Shown: piece after piece, positions 1 through 12,579 of the stretch
How the letters are laid out: every line of letters begins with the position of its first letter
How positions within the stretch are numbered: the stretch's first letter is position 1
Source: Eledone cirrhosa
Taxonomy: Eukaryota
DNA: 64,000 nucleotides
Assembly (NCBI GenBank): GCA_964016885.1
Contig: OZ024740.1
Location: forward strand, 406,844,001-406,908,000
Reading direction: 5' to 3'
Position numbers and translations under genes: made by a program
Notes under the pieces: generated by a model
Databases searched by the model: none
What the model saw: only the letters and a program-made list of their open reading frames with translations
Told to the model about the DNA's origin: nothing

Positions 1-439
1 AACTAGTTATCTTGTCTAGTTTCTTTTGACATACATACCTTTCTCTGATCCTTTCTTTCATGCTTAGTTGTTGCTTTGACAGATACATATCCACTATAAA
101 GTTGCCATAAAACAAGTCTGTTGTTTTATATAATTTTACTTAATGTTGATATCTAAGAAAGAATAAAACAAACAAGTTGATCAACTTTGAATCTGAGAAT
201 TATGAAGAATGACTTAGTATCTAACTTCTATGTTCCATCTAAAAAGAATTATAAAAATGATTGTCTTCAAGAGTGGTAGTTGCAATGAGATGTCAAGTAA
301 GATTAGAATGAATTCAAAGACTATTGGAAAGAAGTGATTATACACTTTCATGACAAAGAAACAAAACTGATGATAACGATCATTATCAAAAGGAAATATC
401 ATCATAAACTATAATTATTACACAAAACTATGTGTTGTA

Positions 440-540
440 AGAAGTGACTAGAAGGGCATCCTGCTGTAAAACACTGCATCAAAAAATGTTGTCCAACCCA
501 TGCCAGCAGGAAAAAGTTGATGTAAAAATGATGATAATGA
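440..540 (+). mobile_element. RTE LINE 3' tail / RTE-related SINE remnant
   Basis: AGAAGGGCATCC...CCAACCCATGCCAGCA...ATGATGATAATGA matches the 3' ends of the RTE copies at ~2100-2236, ~11185-11325 and ~16760-16905. Confidence 0.6.
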
Positions 541-944
541 GACAAATACATGTATTCTTGTGGAGATTGAATGTATTTTATCATGCTGTTAGCACTAAAG
601 AAGTTGTCTGCCAGGACTAAACAGTTTCCTATACACAACATAAGTTTTTATTCAAAGATACTGCTCTATTTTGAATGGATTGCTTTCCTTGTGTCTTGTT
701 AAGTCCACATCCTATGTTTAAAAATGGTTCCAGTTGGTGAGACAGTAATAAATAATAAACAAATGCTATAGTAGGAAACAGTATCCAATTACCTTCTGAG
801 TGAAGACCTTGTCTAAAATACTTGAACCAGAGTGGCTAAAGACATCGAAGAGCTTGATAGCAGTGTTACACTGGGTAATGAATTAGGACTACTAACTAAA
901 AGCAAGTACAGTGTGATGGGCTTCCATTTACCTAATTCCAAATA

Positions 945-2236
945 TATGTTTATTATTGTCCTACAGGCTATAACTGAGGGGTTTAAGACTGGCTGCCCAT
1001 AGGAACTTCTATATGCAGATGATCTAACTTTCATAGCTGAATCTATGGCTGAACTAGAGAGGAAGTTCCAAACATGGAAGCATGGCCTTGAATCAAAAGG
1101 CCTTAGAGTCAACTTGTCTAAGACTAAGGTTCTAGTATGCAGAAAGGAGAATAGGGCATAGGTACTCTCTGGGAAATGGCCATGCTCAGTGTGTAAGAAA
1201 GGAGTAGGCAGAAAATCCATTCTATGTCCCAAATGTAAAATATGGGTACATAAAAGATGTAGTAGGATCAGAGGTAAGCTATCTAAGAATGTAGATTGTA
1301 TATGTGGCCAATGCTCAGGTGCAGTAAGTAGCAACTGCCCAGATGGTTCTACAGAAATAGTAGACACCTTCTGTTACCTGAGTGAGAAAATCAGCAGTGG
1401 AGGAGGGTGCTCTGAAAGTGTAGTAGCCAGAGTTAGAACGGGATGGAAAAAGTTCAGAGAGCTAATACCGCTGTTAGCCACAAGGGGTTTCTCTCTAAAA
1501 ATGAAAAGCAGATTTTATGATGCGTGTATACAAACGGCGATATTACATGGTAGTGAGACTTGAGCATTGTGTGCTGAAGACCTGCGTAGATTAGAAAGAA
1601 ATGAAGCTTGCATGCTCTGATGGATGTGTAATAGTAACGTGCGTGAAAGGCGAAGCATAAACGAACTAAGAAGGAGACTAAGCATAAGAGGTATCAAATG
1701 TGTTGGTATGGTCATGTGATGCGTATGAAGGACGACAGCTGTATAAAAAAGTGCAGGACAATGAAAATTGATGGAAGCTGTGGAGTGGGTAGACCAAGAA
1801 AAACCTGGAACGAGGTGATAAAAACTGACCTTGCCCACCTACACCTCTCTAAGACAATGACACTGGATCGAGACCTTTGGTGCCATGCAGTTGTACAGAA
1901 GACCCGACTACCATTGCATACAAACCTAGTCAGTAGGCACCTCTTAACTCAATGTACACCCCACCGCTAAGCCCTACCCCACAGTCCCTTTCCCGTTCCG
2001 TCCACTGTGTTGATGACACAACAGTCCACACTGCAAGGTGGCCATGTAGGAGACACAGTGAAAAGGCTCCCAGTCCAGACTGTAAATGTGGTTGCTGTTA
2101 GGAAGGGCATCCAGCTGTAAAAATCCTGCCAGAGACGCTTCCAAGCAAGCGAGACATGGTCTCTGCATCAAATGGAACAAAACCGGCAACCTATGCTAGC
2201 ATGGAAGATGGACATTAAACGATGATGATGATGATG
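945..2236 (+). mobile_element. RTE-clade LINE, 5'-truncated and degenerate (RT C-terminus plus 3' UTR)
   Basis: ELLYADDL at ~1003-1026, a Cys-rich segment, YDAC..LHGSET, WYGHVMR and GRPRKTW motifs; in-frame stops; ends in (GAT)n at 2221-2236. Confidence 0.9.
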
Positions 2237-3126
2237 CTGGGAGTGCAAAGTAAATTTTTTCACTACATTATTATGTCTACGTACACTTGAATATGATGGA
2301 AGCAGTGAAAGTTGGAGTAACATAATCATCACCGTTCAACATCCGCTTTCCCTGCAAGCAAAGGTTGAATAGGTCTACATAGCCCAAGTCAGTACTGAAG
2401 CAGGACTACTTGCCTCCCAGACAGGCCTGGAGATGGGGGGGGGGGGGGTCTGCATCATGCTTACACACTGTCTTACATTCTACTGAGAGGTAGAAGGATA
2501 GGCTGGGGTCCACACCTTGCTTACATATGGTCCCACGCCCTACTGAGTGCATTTTATTGTGACACTAACTCTAGGTGGTCATGTCCCTGACAACTGAAAA
2601 GTCCTCTAAACACTTTCTATCACCAACCACTTTACAGCTGTGCTGGATGCGTTTATTGTGTAAGTCACCAACACTAGGGAGGCTGTCATGTCCTTCATAC
2701 AACAGAAGGGTCCTACCACCATATCGTGTAGATCACCAGCACTACCATATCACAGAGTGTACTGGGGGAATTTTATTGTAGCATCAGTAAGGTTGTCATG
2801 TTTAGCCTGGCTGAAAACTCCTCTCTATCCTATATTGTCTGTTTGATTGCCAACTATACTGTAGTGTGTACTGGGGCATTTTATCATGGCACCAATATAA
2901 AGGTTATCAGGTAGAAGACAGAACCAGGTCCTCTCTATTGTAAGTTGTCTCAGTCTGTTCACCTGACATTTTACAGGAGTTGGATTTACTGAATGCATTC
3001 CATTGTGAAACAGGCTAACATCTCTCCATTCCATGTAATCTTTTATTTCTTGCCACATTTGCTTTTAGTATTGCAGTGCTTGTACTGGTTGACAGGTTTT
3101 CTGTAGTACAGCAAATACATACATAC

Positions 3127-3129
<3 letters not shown>

Positions 3130-3180
<51 letters not shown>
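3130..3180. repeat. (TA)n microsatellite
   Basis: Seen directly in the sequence. Confidence 0.95.
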
Positions 3181-3183
<3 letters not shown>

Positions 3184-3236
3184 AGTTTATATATATCATC
3201 ATCATTGTTTTACCTGCTAACAAGGGTTGGACGTAT

Positions 3237-3450
3237 ATCATCATCATCACCATTTTACGTTCGTTCTTCCACACTAGCATGGGTTAGACAGGTTGTCCTG
3301 TTGTGGGCAGTAGACGGTCGGCTGACCATGTCTTGCTCATACGGGAACTGATTCTGGCTTGATTTCTACAGCTGGATGCCCTTCCTAACACCAACCTCGT
3401 TTACAGTGTGGGCAGGGTGCTTTTTGCCGTGGCGCCTCCACGACCACTTT
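3237..3450 (-). mobile_element. RTE-tail-derived SINE or LINE 3' fragment
   Basis: Reverse complement of the RTE 3' end: (CAT)n, CTAGCATGGGTT, GGATGCCCTTCCTAACACCAAC. Confidence 0.65.
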
Positions 3451-3737
3451 GCTGTGGGAGGGGGTGGGGGCATATTGTCTATATGCTTCAGCTTCGGCTT
3501 GTACCCGTATATATATGTGCTTCGAATTAAATTTCCCCATCTTCAATATATGAATGTACTCGGTACTCGTATCATGTTCTGGACCTTGTAGGGATGGAGA
3601 GAGGCCTTCACATCAGTCGTTATAGAACGACAAACCACACTCCTTCCTTCACAATACAAACACACACATATTAGTGAGAACTAGATCTATTATTTTTATG
3701 AAACACAGGCAATGAATAAAATAATATGTATGTATGG

Positions 3738-3902
3738 ATTGGCAGTATCGTTAGAGGGTTGGATGCCATGCTTTGCAGCATAGAGTTACGGCCCTTTATG
3801 ATGTGAGTTCAAATCCCGCCGAGGTTAACTTTGCCTTTCATTCTTACGAGGTCTTTAAAATAAAGTACCAGTAATACACTGGGATAATTGCTGGCCTTGT
3901 GC
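3738..3902 (+). mobile_element. tRNA-derived SINE (family A)
   Basis: A-box-like TGGCAGTATCGTTAG, B-box GAGTTCAAATCCC and core TTTGCCTTTCAT...AAATAAAGTACCAG; same family as 14811-14998 and the 38045-39542 cluster. Confidence 0.8.
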
Positions 3903-4789
3903 TCTTCATAGCACTTACCACCTTAGAGAGTGTACTTGGTGAATTTTATGATAGCACCAGCTCTAGAGGTCAGCATGGCCTTGACAAGAAAAAAGAATCC
4001 TCTCTACATTGTATAAGTTTGATCGCTAACCACTTTACAGGGAGTACTAGGTGCATCTTATGAAACCAACACTAAAGAGCAATTCTAAAAGAAACCTCTC
4101 CACTCCATGCAGTCTCTACTCTCTCAAGGCAACAGTCACTAAGAGGGTCATTGAAGAGAAATGATTACCCAGATGAAACAATAGAGGGCATGATTTGAGT
4201 GTGAAAGGAGCAGTATAGTGATACAATGATAGAGGAATGGAAAGGAGTGATAGGAGGTTGAATAGGAGCAACCATGAAAGGATACCAAAAGGGATGTGTC
4301 ATAGTAGGAAAGAGTGAATGATGGGAACCACAGAAAAGACAGAGTGATAGATGTCATGTAGGAAACATATGAGAAATGTGGAGTGATTGCATTGAGTATG
4401 GTGTTATGGTTATCATCTGATAATGGGTGATGGTAAGTGGGAGTGATCATGTCAGTGGGGAATCTCAATGTGAATATTTAGTCAGATCCAATGTCAAGTT
4501 AAGTGCGATAGTGAGAGCAAAAGATAGAGGTAGTGTTGATAGGACTAGGAGTGATAATATAATGATAATGGCGATAATATTTATAGTAATAGTGGTTTGT
4601 GGTGGAGGGAATGGATATGGGGGAGTGTGATCAGATACATTCCTTCCACTCTAACTCAGTCAACATGGTGTAAAGTACATCATAACAGTCATAGAAGAGA
4701 AAGTTGTGACTAAATCCTAAAACTTTATCACCATCACTGTGCTTGGATTGCTGGATGAATCTTCTCTAGCATGGCATGTCACTAGTCAA

Positions 4790-5160
4790 TATGGTTCTCA
4801 GTCATCTTCATGTCATTCAATGTCTTGAGGTAATTCTTCACAATTTCGTCCAGTAACTTTCTTGGTTTCCCTCTTCTACAAGTTTCATCCACTTCAAATG
4901 CTTAGCATTTCTTTACCTAACTGCCATTCTCCATATACATCACATGTCTGTACCAGTGCAATTGTCTCACATGCATACTACATCTGACTCCTCTTATACT
5001 CAGTTTTTCTATCAGCCCACTTGAGCTTCATTGTTCATGTATTACACATCCAGTGGAGCATGCATGCTTCATTTCTTTCCAGCTGCCACAAATCTGCATT
5101 CAATGCCCATGTCTTGCTACCATGTAGTATAATGGTTCATTCACAAGCATCACACACTCT
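4790..5160 (-). mobile_element. Old RTE LINE fragment
   Basis: The minus strand encodes degenerate DAC..LHGSKTWAL, WMC, WY.HV and RGKPRK motifs homologous to the 945-2236 copy. Confidence 0.75.
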
Positions 5161-5463
5161 GTTGGTGTAGGCCACAACATCCTTGGATTGACTTCAATTC
5201 AGGTTATACTGGATCTATGATTATTATGATAACCTTTCGATTAGTGCATCATAAAAGTGACAGAAGTTCATCAATAACTGTATATATGTAATAAGCAAAG
5301 CAGTACTGACTAAAACAGTTATGAAATGAAATTGAAAGACTTTTTCTTTGAAACTAAAAGTTTATTTTTTAAACCAGCATAGTACCCATCAAAAACGATG
5401 AGGTTTATATTAAAATATATAAATAATTGATTACAACATTCTATATAACTTTGTCAAACATGC

Positions 5464-5680
5464 TTAAGCCTTTAACATTTAAACTGGCTGCATCCAGCCA
5501 GAATTCTCTCACCTCTTTCTGTTCAAACTGGCCGTAACTAGCCACTCATACTGATGTTGAGGTATGGTTCTCAAAATAAATAACATCAAAATCTCGTAGA
5601 TTCAATATTATGTGAGATATAGCCTTTACCATAAAAATACAATAGTATATATAGAGTAATGTAAATGCTAAAGGGTTGAA
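5464..5680. mobile_element. Non-autonomous DNA element (MITE, piggyBac-like ends)
   Basis: Degenerate terminal inverted repeats TTAAGCCTTTAACATTTA ... TAAATGCTAAAGGGTTGAA. Confidence 0.45.
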
Positions 5681-5844
5681 TCCTTGATTTTCCTTGACCT
5701 TTTCCCTTTTGTCACTTTGGCCATCCCTGTAGTTCATTTTACATTCATTTAAATTAATTATAATAAGCTTCTTCCCTATTATTAAAAATCATGATCAAAC
5801 AAATATGCACTAAATTGTGATGACTTTGTTCTATCTGTCTGTTT

Positions 5845-5996
5845 GGTAGGTAGGTATGTAGGTAGACAGTTTGGTAAATAAATAGACAGAGAGGTGGAGA
5901 GATAGATGGACAGACAGAGAGGTGGAGAGATAGATGGACAGACAGATACGTAGATAGATAGATAGATAGACAGGTAAATAGATAGATGTTTTTATT
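5845..5996. repeat. (GATA/GACA/GGTA)n tetranucleotide microsatellite
   Basis: Seen directly in the sequence. Confidence 0.85.
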
Positions 5997-6011
5997 GTCT
6001 GAAGATAGATA

Positions 6012-6521
6012 TATTTCTTTATTAGCCACAGGGGCACAAAAGAAGGGGACAAATACAAAGGGGGAAGTTTACATACAATAAAAACGTGTAAAATGTTATC
6101 ACAGATGGAATTTAAAAGTTAGTCGATTTTCCCCAATAGAGGGAGACAGTTTATATGGATAACACATACCCCCGAAAAAAAAATGTGCAACCCTCATCTC
6201 CAGGAGTACGAAGAGCTTGTACTCCTTTCCTCTCCTCCTCCTTTTCCTCAACCTACAGGCTGATATAGAGAGAAGGCCCATTCACTCGGGCCATTCTCGC
6301 CACTTTCACCCACCTTTCATAAAACTTGCTGGGGTACAGCACCTCTCTCTCCATCCCGATTCTTCTTCCAAAGTGGTATTTGAAAAAAAGAATCAGTTGT
6401 TGGCCGGAGAGAAAGGTGTCTGACCTCAGCCCTTTCAACCTTGTCCACCATACAACCTCTTTCGCCATAGCTATCACACAAAGGAAAACCGCCTCTCCTT
6501 CGTTTTTGAAGGAGGGTGGCG
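6012..6521 (-). mobile_element. Tx1/L1-clade LINE, short 3' fragment (copy 1)
   Basis: Homologous to ~6777-7270; flanked by the 15-bp TSD GTCTGAAGATAGATA (5997-6011 and 6522-6536). Confidence 0.85.
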
Positions 6522-6776
6522 GTCTGAAGATAGATAGATACATAGGTAGATAACTTTTGATAGCTGCTGCTGCTACATCTGACCATCTTGTCAACAATGT
6601 GTGTGAGAGCAAAAGGTAAGATATTAAATTACCCTTTGCCAAATAAATCTAGCACAAAGTGGTGCCCGCGTAACACTTGTGTTTTATTATAAAGATTGTT
6701 TATATATTGAAGAAATGGACAAGATTCTTTTATCTCAATCTCATTGCTTTGCCTTGAACAGACATATAGATAGATA

Positions 6777-9265
6777 AATTTCTTTATTAGCCACATGGGC
6801 ACAAAAGGGGACAAATACAAATGGGGAGTTTACATACAGGTATATGAAAATAAAACTATTAATACAATAACAAATAACAATTGAAATCCCTAATAGGGGG
6901 GAGGTGTTACACAGGGGTTGTACACACCCCGACAAAATGTACAACCCTCATCTCCAGGAGCACCAAGAGTGAGTACTCCCTTCCTCTCTTCCTCAACCTA
7001 CAGGCTTATATAGAGAGAAGGCCCAACCACTTGGGCCATCTTTGCCACATTCACCCACCTTTTATAAAATTTGCTGGGGTAGAGCACCTATCTCTCCATC
7101 CTGATTCTTCTTCCAAAATGATATTTGAAAAAACGAATCAGTTGCTCGCCGGAGAGAAAGGTGTCTGACCTCAGCCCTTTTAACCTCGTCCACCATATAA
7201 CCTCTTTCACCATAGCCATAACACATAGGAAAACTGCCTCTCCTTCGTTTTTGAAGGAGGGTGGCGGTTTGATCATGACAATGGACTCGGTGGTCAACTG
7301 GATTGGTCCCACCTGCGACAATAGTCGTTCTACATAGCCCCACAGATCGGTAACGCCTGGGCAGTGTACAAATGCGTATGCGATGGTTTCCTCGTCGCGC
7401 ACGCATCTTGGACAGATCTTTTTCGAAGGGTCCCTACTCAGGCGCCCGTGTCTGTAGAGCTTGTCTCGAACTGGTAGAGCTCCTCGGTAGCACTGTCAGG
7501 CCAGGGACTTTTGGAAGTTGTCCATTGGTCCCGGGCGGAAGGTCCTACCGAACAGACTGGCCAGTTCGTCCTCCTCTACGCCTAGAGTTTCTCCGAGCGT
7601 GTCGTCGCACTTACTGCGGACCAACCCTCTATAGAATGTCGAAGTGAAGTCTCCACTGATCGCCGGGTCCGTTTGCTAGACGACTGAGCGCCTGAGCACA
7701 TTCGATGTGCCAGTCGCCCATTTTCCTCGGTCTTTGCTTGACCCAGGACGGAGCCCACACCGGTTGTCTGGTGAGGAATACGTGGAGGTGCCGCAGCCTG
7801 AGCGCGTGTTTGCGCATCGTCAGCCCTCCATTTGAAGGGTGTTGGCAGCAGATGGATCTTCTCACTAAAGGAGCTCGTTTCTTCCAAAGTAATTAGAAGA
7901 GCGCGCGCTCCATTTTGGTGAGCGTTTTGGCTGGACAAGGCACAACGGTCAAGCGGTAGTAGATGACGGACGCTATAAAAGTGTTCGCCATCTCCGCTCG
8001 ACCTTTCAAGGATAGTTTGCACTCGGCCCACTTCTGGGTGAGTGCAAACACCTTGGCCGACACCTCATTCTAGTTCTTCTCCACCTGGAGGTCAGGACCA
8101 AACCAGACCCCGAGCAGCTTTACCGGTCCTTCCGTCCAGCGTCCGATGACGTCATCGGAAGGCATCGGTTTGCCTCTCCACGTTCCGAGTTGCAAACCGA
8201 CGGATTTGTCCCAGTTCAGCTTCGCTCCTGTGAACCTTTCGTATTCCTCCAGTAAGGTACCAATCTCCCCGATTTGCGAGGTGCTCGAGACCATTACTGT
8301 CACATCGTCGGCCGACGCTGCTTTTCGCAGTCCCGGTTCCAAAGGGATGCCCTGCAATAGCTCCAACTTCCGCAGTAGTGGCTCGAAAGTCAGTATGTAC
8401 AGAAGGGAGGAGAGAGGGCATCCCTGTCGGATGGATCGCGTGATATGGAACGGCTCCGAGAGGTAGCTGTTCACCTTGACCCTTGAGCAGATGTTGCTGT
8501 TGTGCATTGCAGCAATCCAGCCCCTGAACACGAGACTGAAGCCTGCCGCCTCGAGCACCGCATCCAGATAACGATGGTCAACACTATCGAAAGCCTTAGA
8601 CTGATCCAAGTTGATCAGGGCCCCACCGAAGCCAGGTTACACCCTACCCTCTCTATGATGTATCGCATGAGGTGGAGGTTGTCGTGTATGGACCTGGTTG
8701 GGATTGCGCATGTCTGCGCTTCTCCCACCAGGTTTTCGACGACAAGCGCCAGCCTCTTTGCCAACACCTTGGCCAAAATCTGTAACTCTGTGTTGAGCAG
8801 AGTTATGGGCCGGAAGTTGCCTATGTCATCCCCCTTGTTCTCGTCCTTCCTGACTTACGTGACTACGGCCTTGGTCACAGAACTGGGAATTCTCCCATTC
8901 TGCTGCCAGTTGCAGTAGACCGCTTCCAGGAGACGGAGAACAAGTCCGGCATTGCTACATAAAATTTGTAGGGTAGACCGTCGAGACCTGGAGATTTGCG
9001 TTTGCCGCATTGGCTCAGCGCGTCCCCCATCTCAGCGGCCGAAATCGGCCTTTCGCAGAACTTCGCCACGCTGTCCGAGAGTCGCGGTAGGCCGTCGAGG
9101 TATGAACCAAAATCCATAGCCCCTCCCGGCGCGCTGCCCTGCCCGAACAGTTGAGCAAAGTGCTGCTGAAAGGCCGTGCACATTTGCTTCGGTTCACGTA
9201 TCACGTGTCCGTCTTGGTCCTTCAAAGACCGAATCGTGGACTTGTTGCCACTTTTCGCCTCCGTC
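6777..9265 (-). mobile_element. Tx1/L1-clade LINE, 5'-truncated, frameshifted ORF2 (RT plus C-terminal CCHC)
   Basis: KSPGLDGLP, DQSKAFDSVDH, IRQGCPLS, ADDVT, LLGVWF and CPRC..EETI..AFVHC motifs; AATAAA near the 3' end; 15-bp TSD ACATATAGATAGATA (6762-6776 and 9266-9280). Confidence 0.9.
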
Positions 9266-9322
9266 ACATATAGATAGATAGACAGGTAAATAGACAGATG
9301 TTTTTTATTGGTGGGTGGCAGT

Positions 9323-9475
9323 CAGTGCCAGATTTAGGACAAATGAGGCTTTGTGCTAGTTAAGTTGAGACCCTTTACTTGGGCTCTGAAGGAGGTAAAC
9401 AATTTGGGGAACAGGAATATGCCACCGGAGCCCTGTGCTTAAGCTGACCCCAGCACAGTGGTAAATCCTGCACTG
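9323..9475. mobile_element. hAT-type MITE (153 bp)
   Basis: TIRs CAGTGCCAGATTTA / TAAATCCTGCACTG and a perfect 8-bp TSD GTGGCAGT (9315-9322 and 9476-9483). Confidence 0.85.
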
Positions 9476-9833
9476 GTGGCAGTTGACTTGCTAACCTACA
9501 GGTCAGTGTAGGTAGCAATGTAATAACAGATATATCTCAGAAATATATGCTATGTGGAGTATTGGTAATCCTATGTTAACTGAAGGAAAAGTGAAATTAT
9601 GTATATCTAGGTGTGTATAAGTGTACAAACAATTATTACTGTTGTTGAAGTCATGTCACACACTTGGTTTTAATAGTTAACTCACGTGATCCACATGACA
9701 GGTGCAATGTGACTGAACACGGAAGAGCCGAACTCCCATCGTCATCGCCCCCATCTATCTGAATAGTGGGGTCCCACGTGCTGGCAGTGCCACAGCCCCG
9801 GCGGACAGAATGGAGAAGGTGTTTCCCCAGAGG

Positions 9834-10197
9834 ATGGTAAGGGAGATGCGCTGGAAGAGTCATTCCATCTCACGAGGGTTACACCTGCGGTTGGCCAGCT
9901 CAGCGCCTCTGGTGGTGAAACGGGTAACTACTTCGGTACAGCACTTTGTTGAATCCGTGCTACACAAATCCAATAAAAGTATGTACGTGGTGAGAAAATA
10001 GCGCGAGGACTTTCATTGAGTAGTATCCCCAGTACACCCTTCTACTCGGCTGTCATCTTGGCACCATTGTCATATTCTTCACTTCTACAATCTTCTAATG
10101 GTATGTTATTCTAATGGTAAGGGAGATGCGCTGGAAGAGCCATTCCATCTCACGAGGGTTACTCCTGCAGTTGGCCAGCTCAGCACCTATAGTGGTG
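9834..10197. repeat. ~84-bp direct repeat pair inside an unclassified GC-richer repeat
   Basis: ATGGTAAGGGAGATGCGCTGGAAGAG...GGCCAGCTCAGC occurs at 9834 and 10114. Confidence 0.7.
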
Positions 10198-10647
10198 AGT
10201 AGGGAGGTAGCCCTAGAGCCAAGAACACCAGAAGTCTCCACTGCTAAGGGCACGACTGTAAACCTGTCGGGGAGTGACCGGTACTTGGAGAGTTTGCCCT
10301 CCTCAGCCTGAAGGAAACAGAATAGTCATGGAGATCAACAAATCCAAATTCCTGCATTGCAAGCACCATAGTGGCTACCTGGACCACTGAGTTCTATGGA
10401 AGGTGAAATGGCACAGCCGTAAATGTGTATGGCACAGCCGTAAATGTTTTTATTTTATAGCTCCTCATAATCCAGCATGTGTTGTCTGACATCTGCATTA
10501 CACCCGAGTGCCAGCATGTTTATCAATAACTACTTCAATAGACACTATTATTCAATATTGGATTTTTCTTTAATAAATATCGACTATAATAATTTTTTTC
10601 TTATCTTAAACATTCACATAGAGTACTATTGTTTTACACATATCGTA

Positions 10648-11325
10648 ATAGTAATATACGTGAACAGCAAAGCATAAACGAACTAAGGGAGAAATTAGGA
10701 ATAAGAGGGATCAGATGTTGTTTACTCGAGAGAAGACTACGTTGGTACGGTCACGTGATGCGCATGAAAGACGACAGCTGTATAAAAAAAAGTGCAGGGC
10801 AATAAAAATAGACGGTAGCCACGGAGTAGGCAGACCCAGAGAAAAACCTGGGACGACTTGATAAATTCCGACCTCACACACTTACACCTCTCCAAGACAA
10901 TGTCACTGGACCGAGATTGTTGGCGCTACACAGTCATACAGAAGACCCGCCTTGCCTAAGTACAAAGCGAAACCTAGTCAGTAGGCACCTCTAACAAAAT
11001 ACACCCCGTCCCACTACCCCCACCACCCCCTTAAATGTAAAGTTATGTTGGTACCACAACATCCAGTCCGAAACAGATGAGGTCGTGTAGGTGTCACGAC
11101 AAAAAAACAGTCCACGCTGTATTGTGGCCGTGTAGGTAACATGGTAAAAACCTCCCAGTCCACACTGTAAACGTGGTTGGTGTTAGGAAGGGCATCCAGT
11201 CGTAGAAAACCCGCCAGACAGTCCTATACGAGCAGGACAACAAATCTTGCCTCAAGTGGGAAAACTCCCGTCCAAACCCATGCAAGCGTGGAAAATGGAC
11301 GTTAAACGATGATGATGATGATGAT
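10648..11325 (+). mobile_element. RTE LINE 3' fragment
   Basis: RRLRWYGHVMR and GRPR motifs, 3' UTR and (GAT)n tail; very similar to 16235-16905. Confidence 0.9.
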
Positions 11326-12285
11326 ATATATATAAATTAGGAACTTTTCAATTGTATTTATATGGTCTCGCCCAACCTTTGCTAATAGGGAAAACAGACG
11401 TTAAATGATGCTGCAGCTAGTATGAGTGTGTATGTATATATATATGTTTCAATATTCTCTTTCATTTTCAACAACAACAACAAAAATAATAATAATAATA
11501 AATCACTGTTCATACATCATTTAAACACATGCAAATACTGAGCTTTGTGATAAAACTATTTCTAAATGTCTAATTAATATGGACCGATGTGGGAATACTA
11601 TGTTTGATATAGTATAATATCTCGCCGTGTTTTCAGTGCGCAATAGTGTTCTGGGTTTTAAAGCTGAGAACCAAAAATATTTCTATTGATATCTTCATAT
11701 TATTTACCAATGCCTTTGAAAGCGATGCCTGTTAGAAGTCAATTGCCTTTATTCTTCGAGAGTCGATAAAACAAGTACCAGTCGATTAGTAATACTACTA
11801 TTTTTTATTATTGATTTATTGATTATTCTTCGAGGGTCGATAAATCAAGTGCCAATCAAGTACTTGTTCCATTTAATCCTGCCTCTCAAATTTGAGGTTT
11901 TGTGTCTAAGTTAGAAATCATTATTACGACTGCTATTAGTATTACTATTTTGATTACTATCGATTTATTAATTAAAGGATGAAACAGGATTTTTCTCTAT
12001 AAATATAAATATTACACTTATAAATATAGCATCTACGTAATGTTAGCAGATTACTATTTTGTGAAGATGGTTTTGGTGTATTCTATATATTTATAAAGAA
12101 AATCCCCACTAGTATCGATTCAATTGATAAAGTAAACACCAGTAGAATAATTGGATCGATTCACCTCCCCTCCTTTTTATTTATTAATTTTTGTAAATTC
12201 GAAAGAAAATATATGCGCCAGGTGTAGCCACTTCAACTGTGACATATATCACTAATGATATGCGATATATATCTGTTATATATTG

Positions 12286-12350
12286 TATTTTGTCTGATGA
12301 AGGCATACCATAATTTAATTTGGTATCCCTGAAATATGTATAATGAAATA
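12286..12350 (+). ncRNA. Minimal type I hammerhead ribozyme (PLE-type)
   Basis: CTGATGA (12294), stem II AGGCATACCA/TGGTATCCCT, GAAA, near-palindromic stem III ATATGTAT, predicted cleavage at ATA, stem I TATTTTGT/ATGAAATA. Confidence 0.7.
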
Positions 12351-12478
12351 AATATAGTTTTATAAATATAGTTTCCATTTATTAATATCGTATATCTACT
12401 CCAAATACTTGTCGAGTGCTTTATATCAGTTATAAAAATATTTACTTGTTGTATCCCAACAATTTTAAATAGAACTTT

Positions 12479-12519
<41 letters not shown>

Positions 12520-12546
12520 CTCAACTTATCGGGCTGGAAATTGCCA

Positions 12547-12579
<33 letters not shown>

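Noticed and set aside
200-940. Host gene exons
   Set aside because: The frames are short and interrupted, with no recognisable domain or supported splice structure.
5200-5280. C/D box snoRNA on the minus strand (TGATGA...CTGA)
   Set aside because: No convincing terminal stem, no recognisable rRNA antisense element and no host gene.
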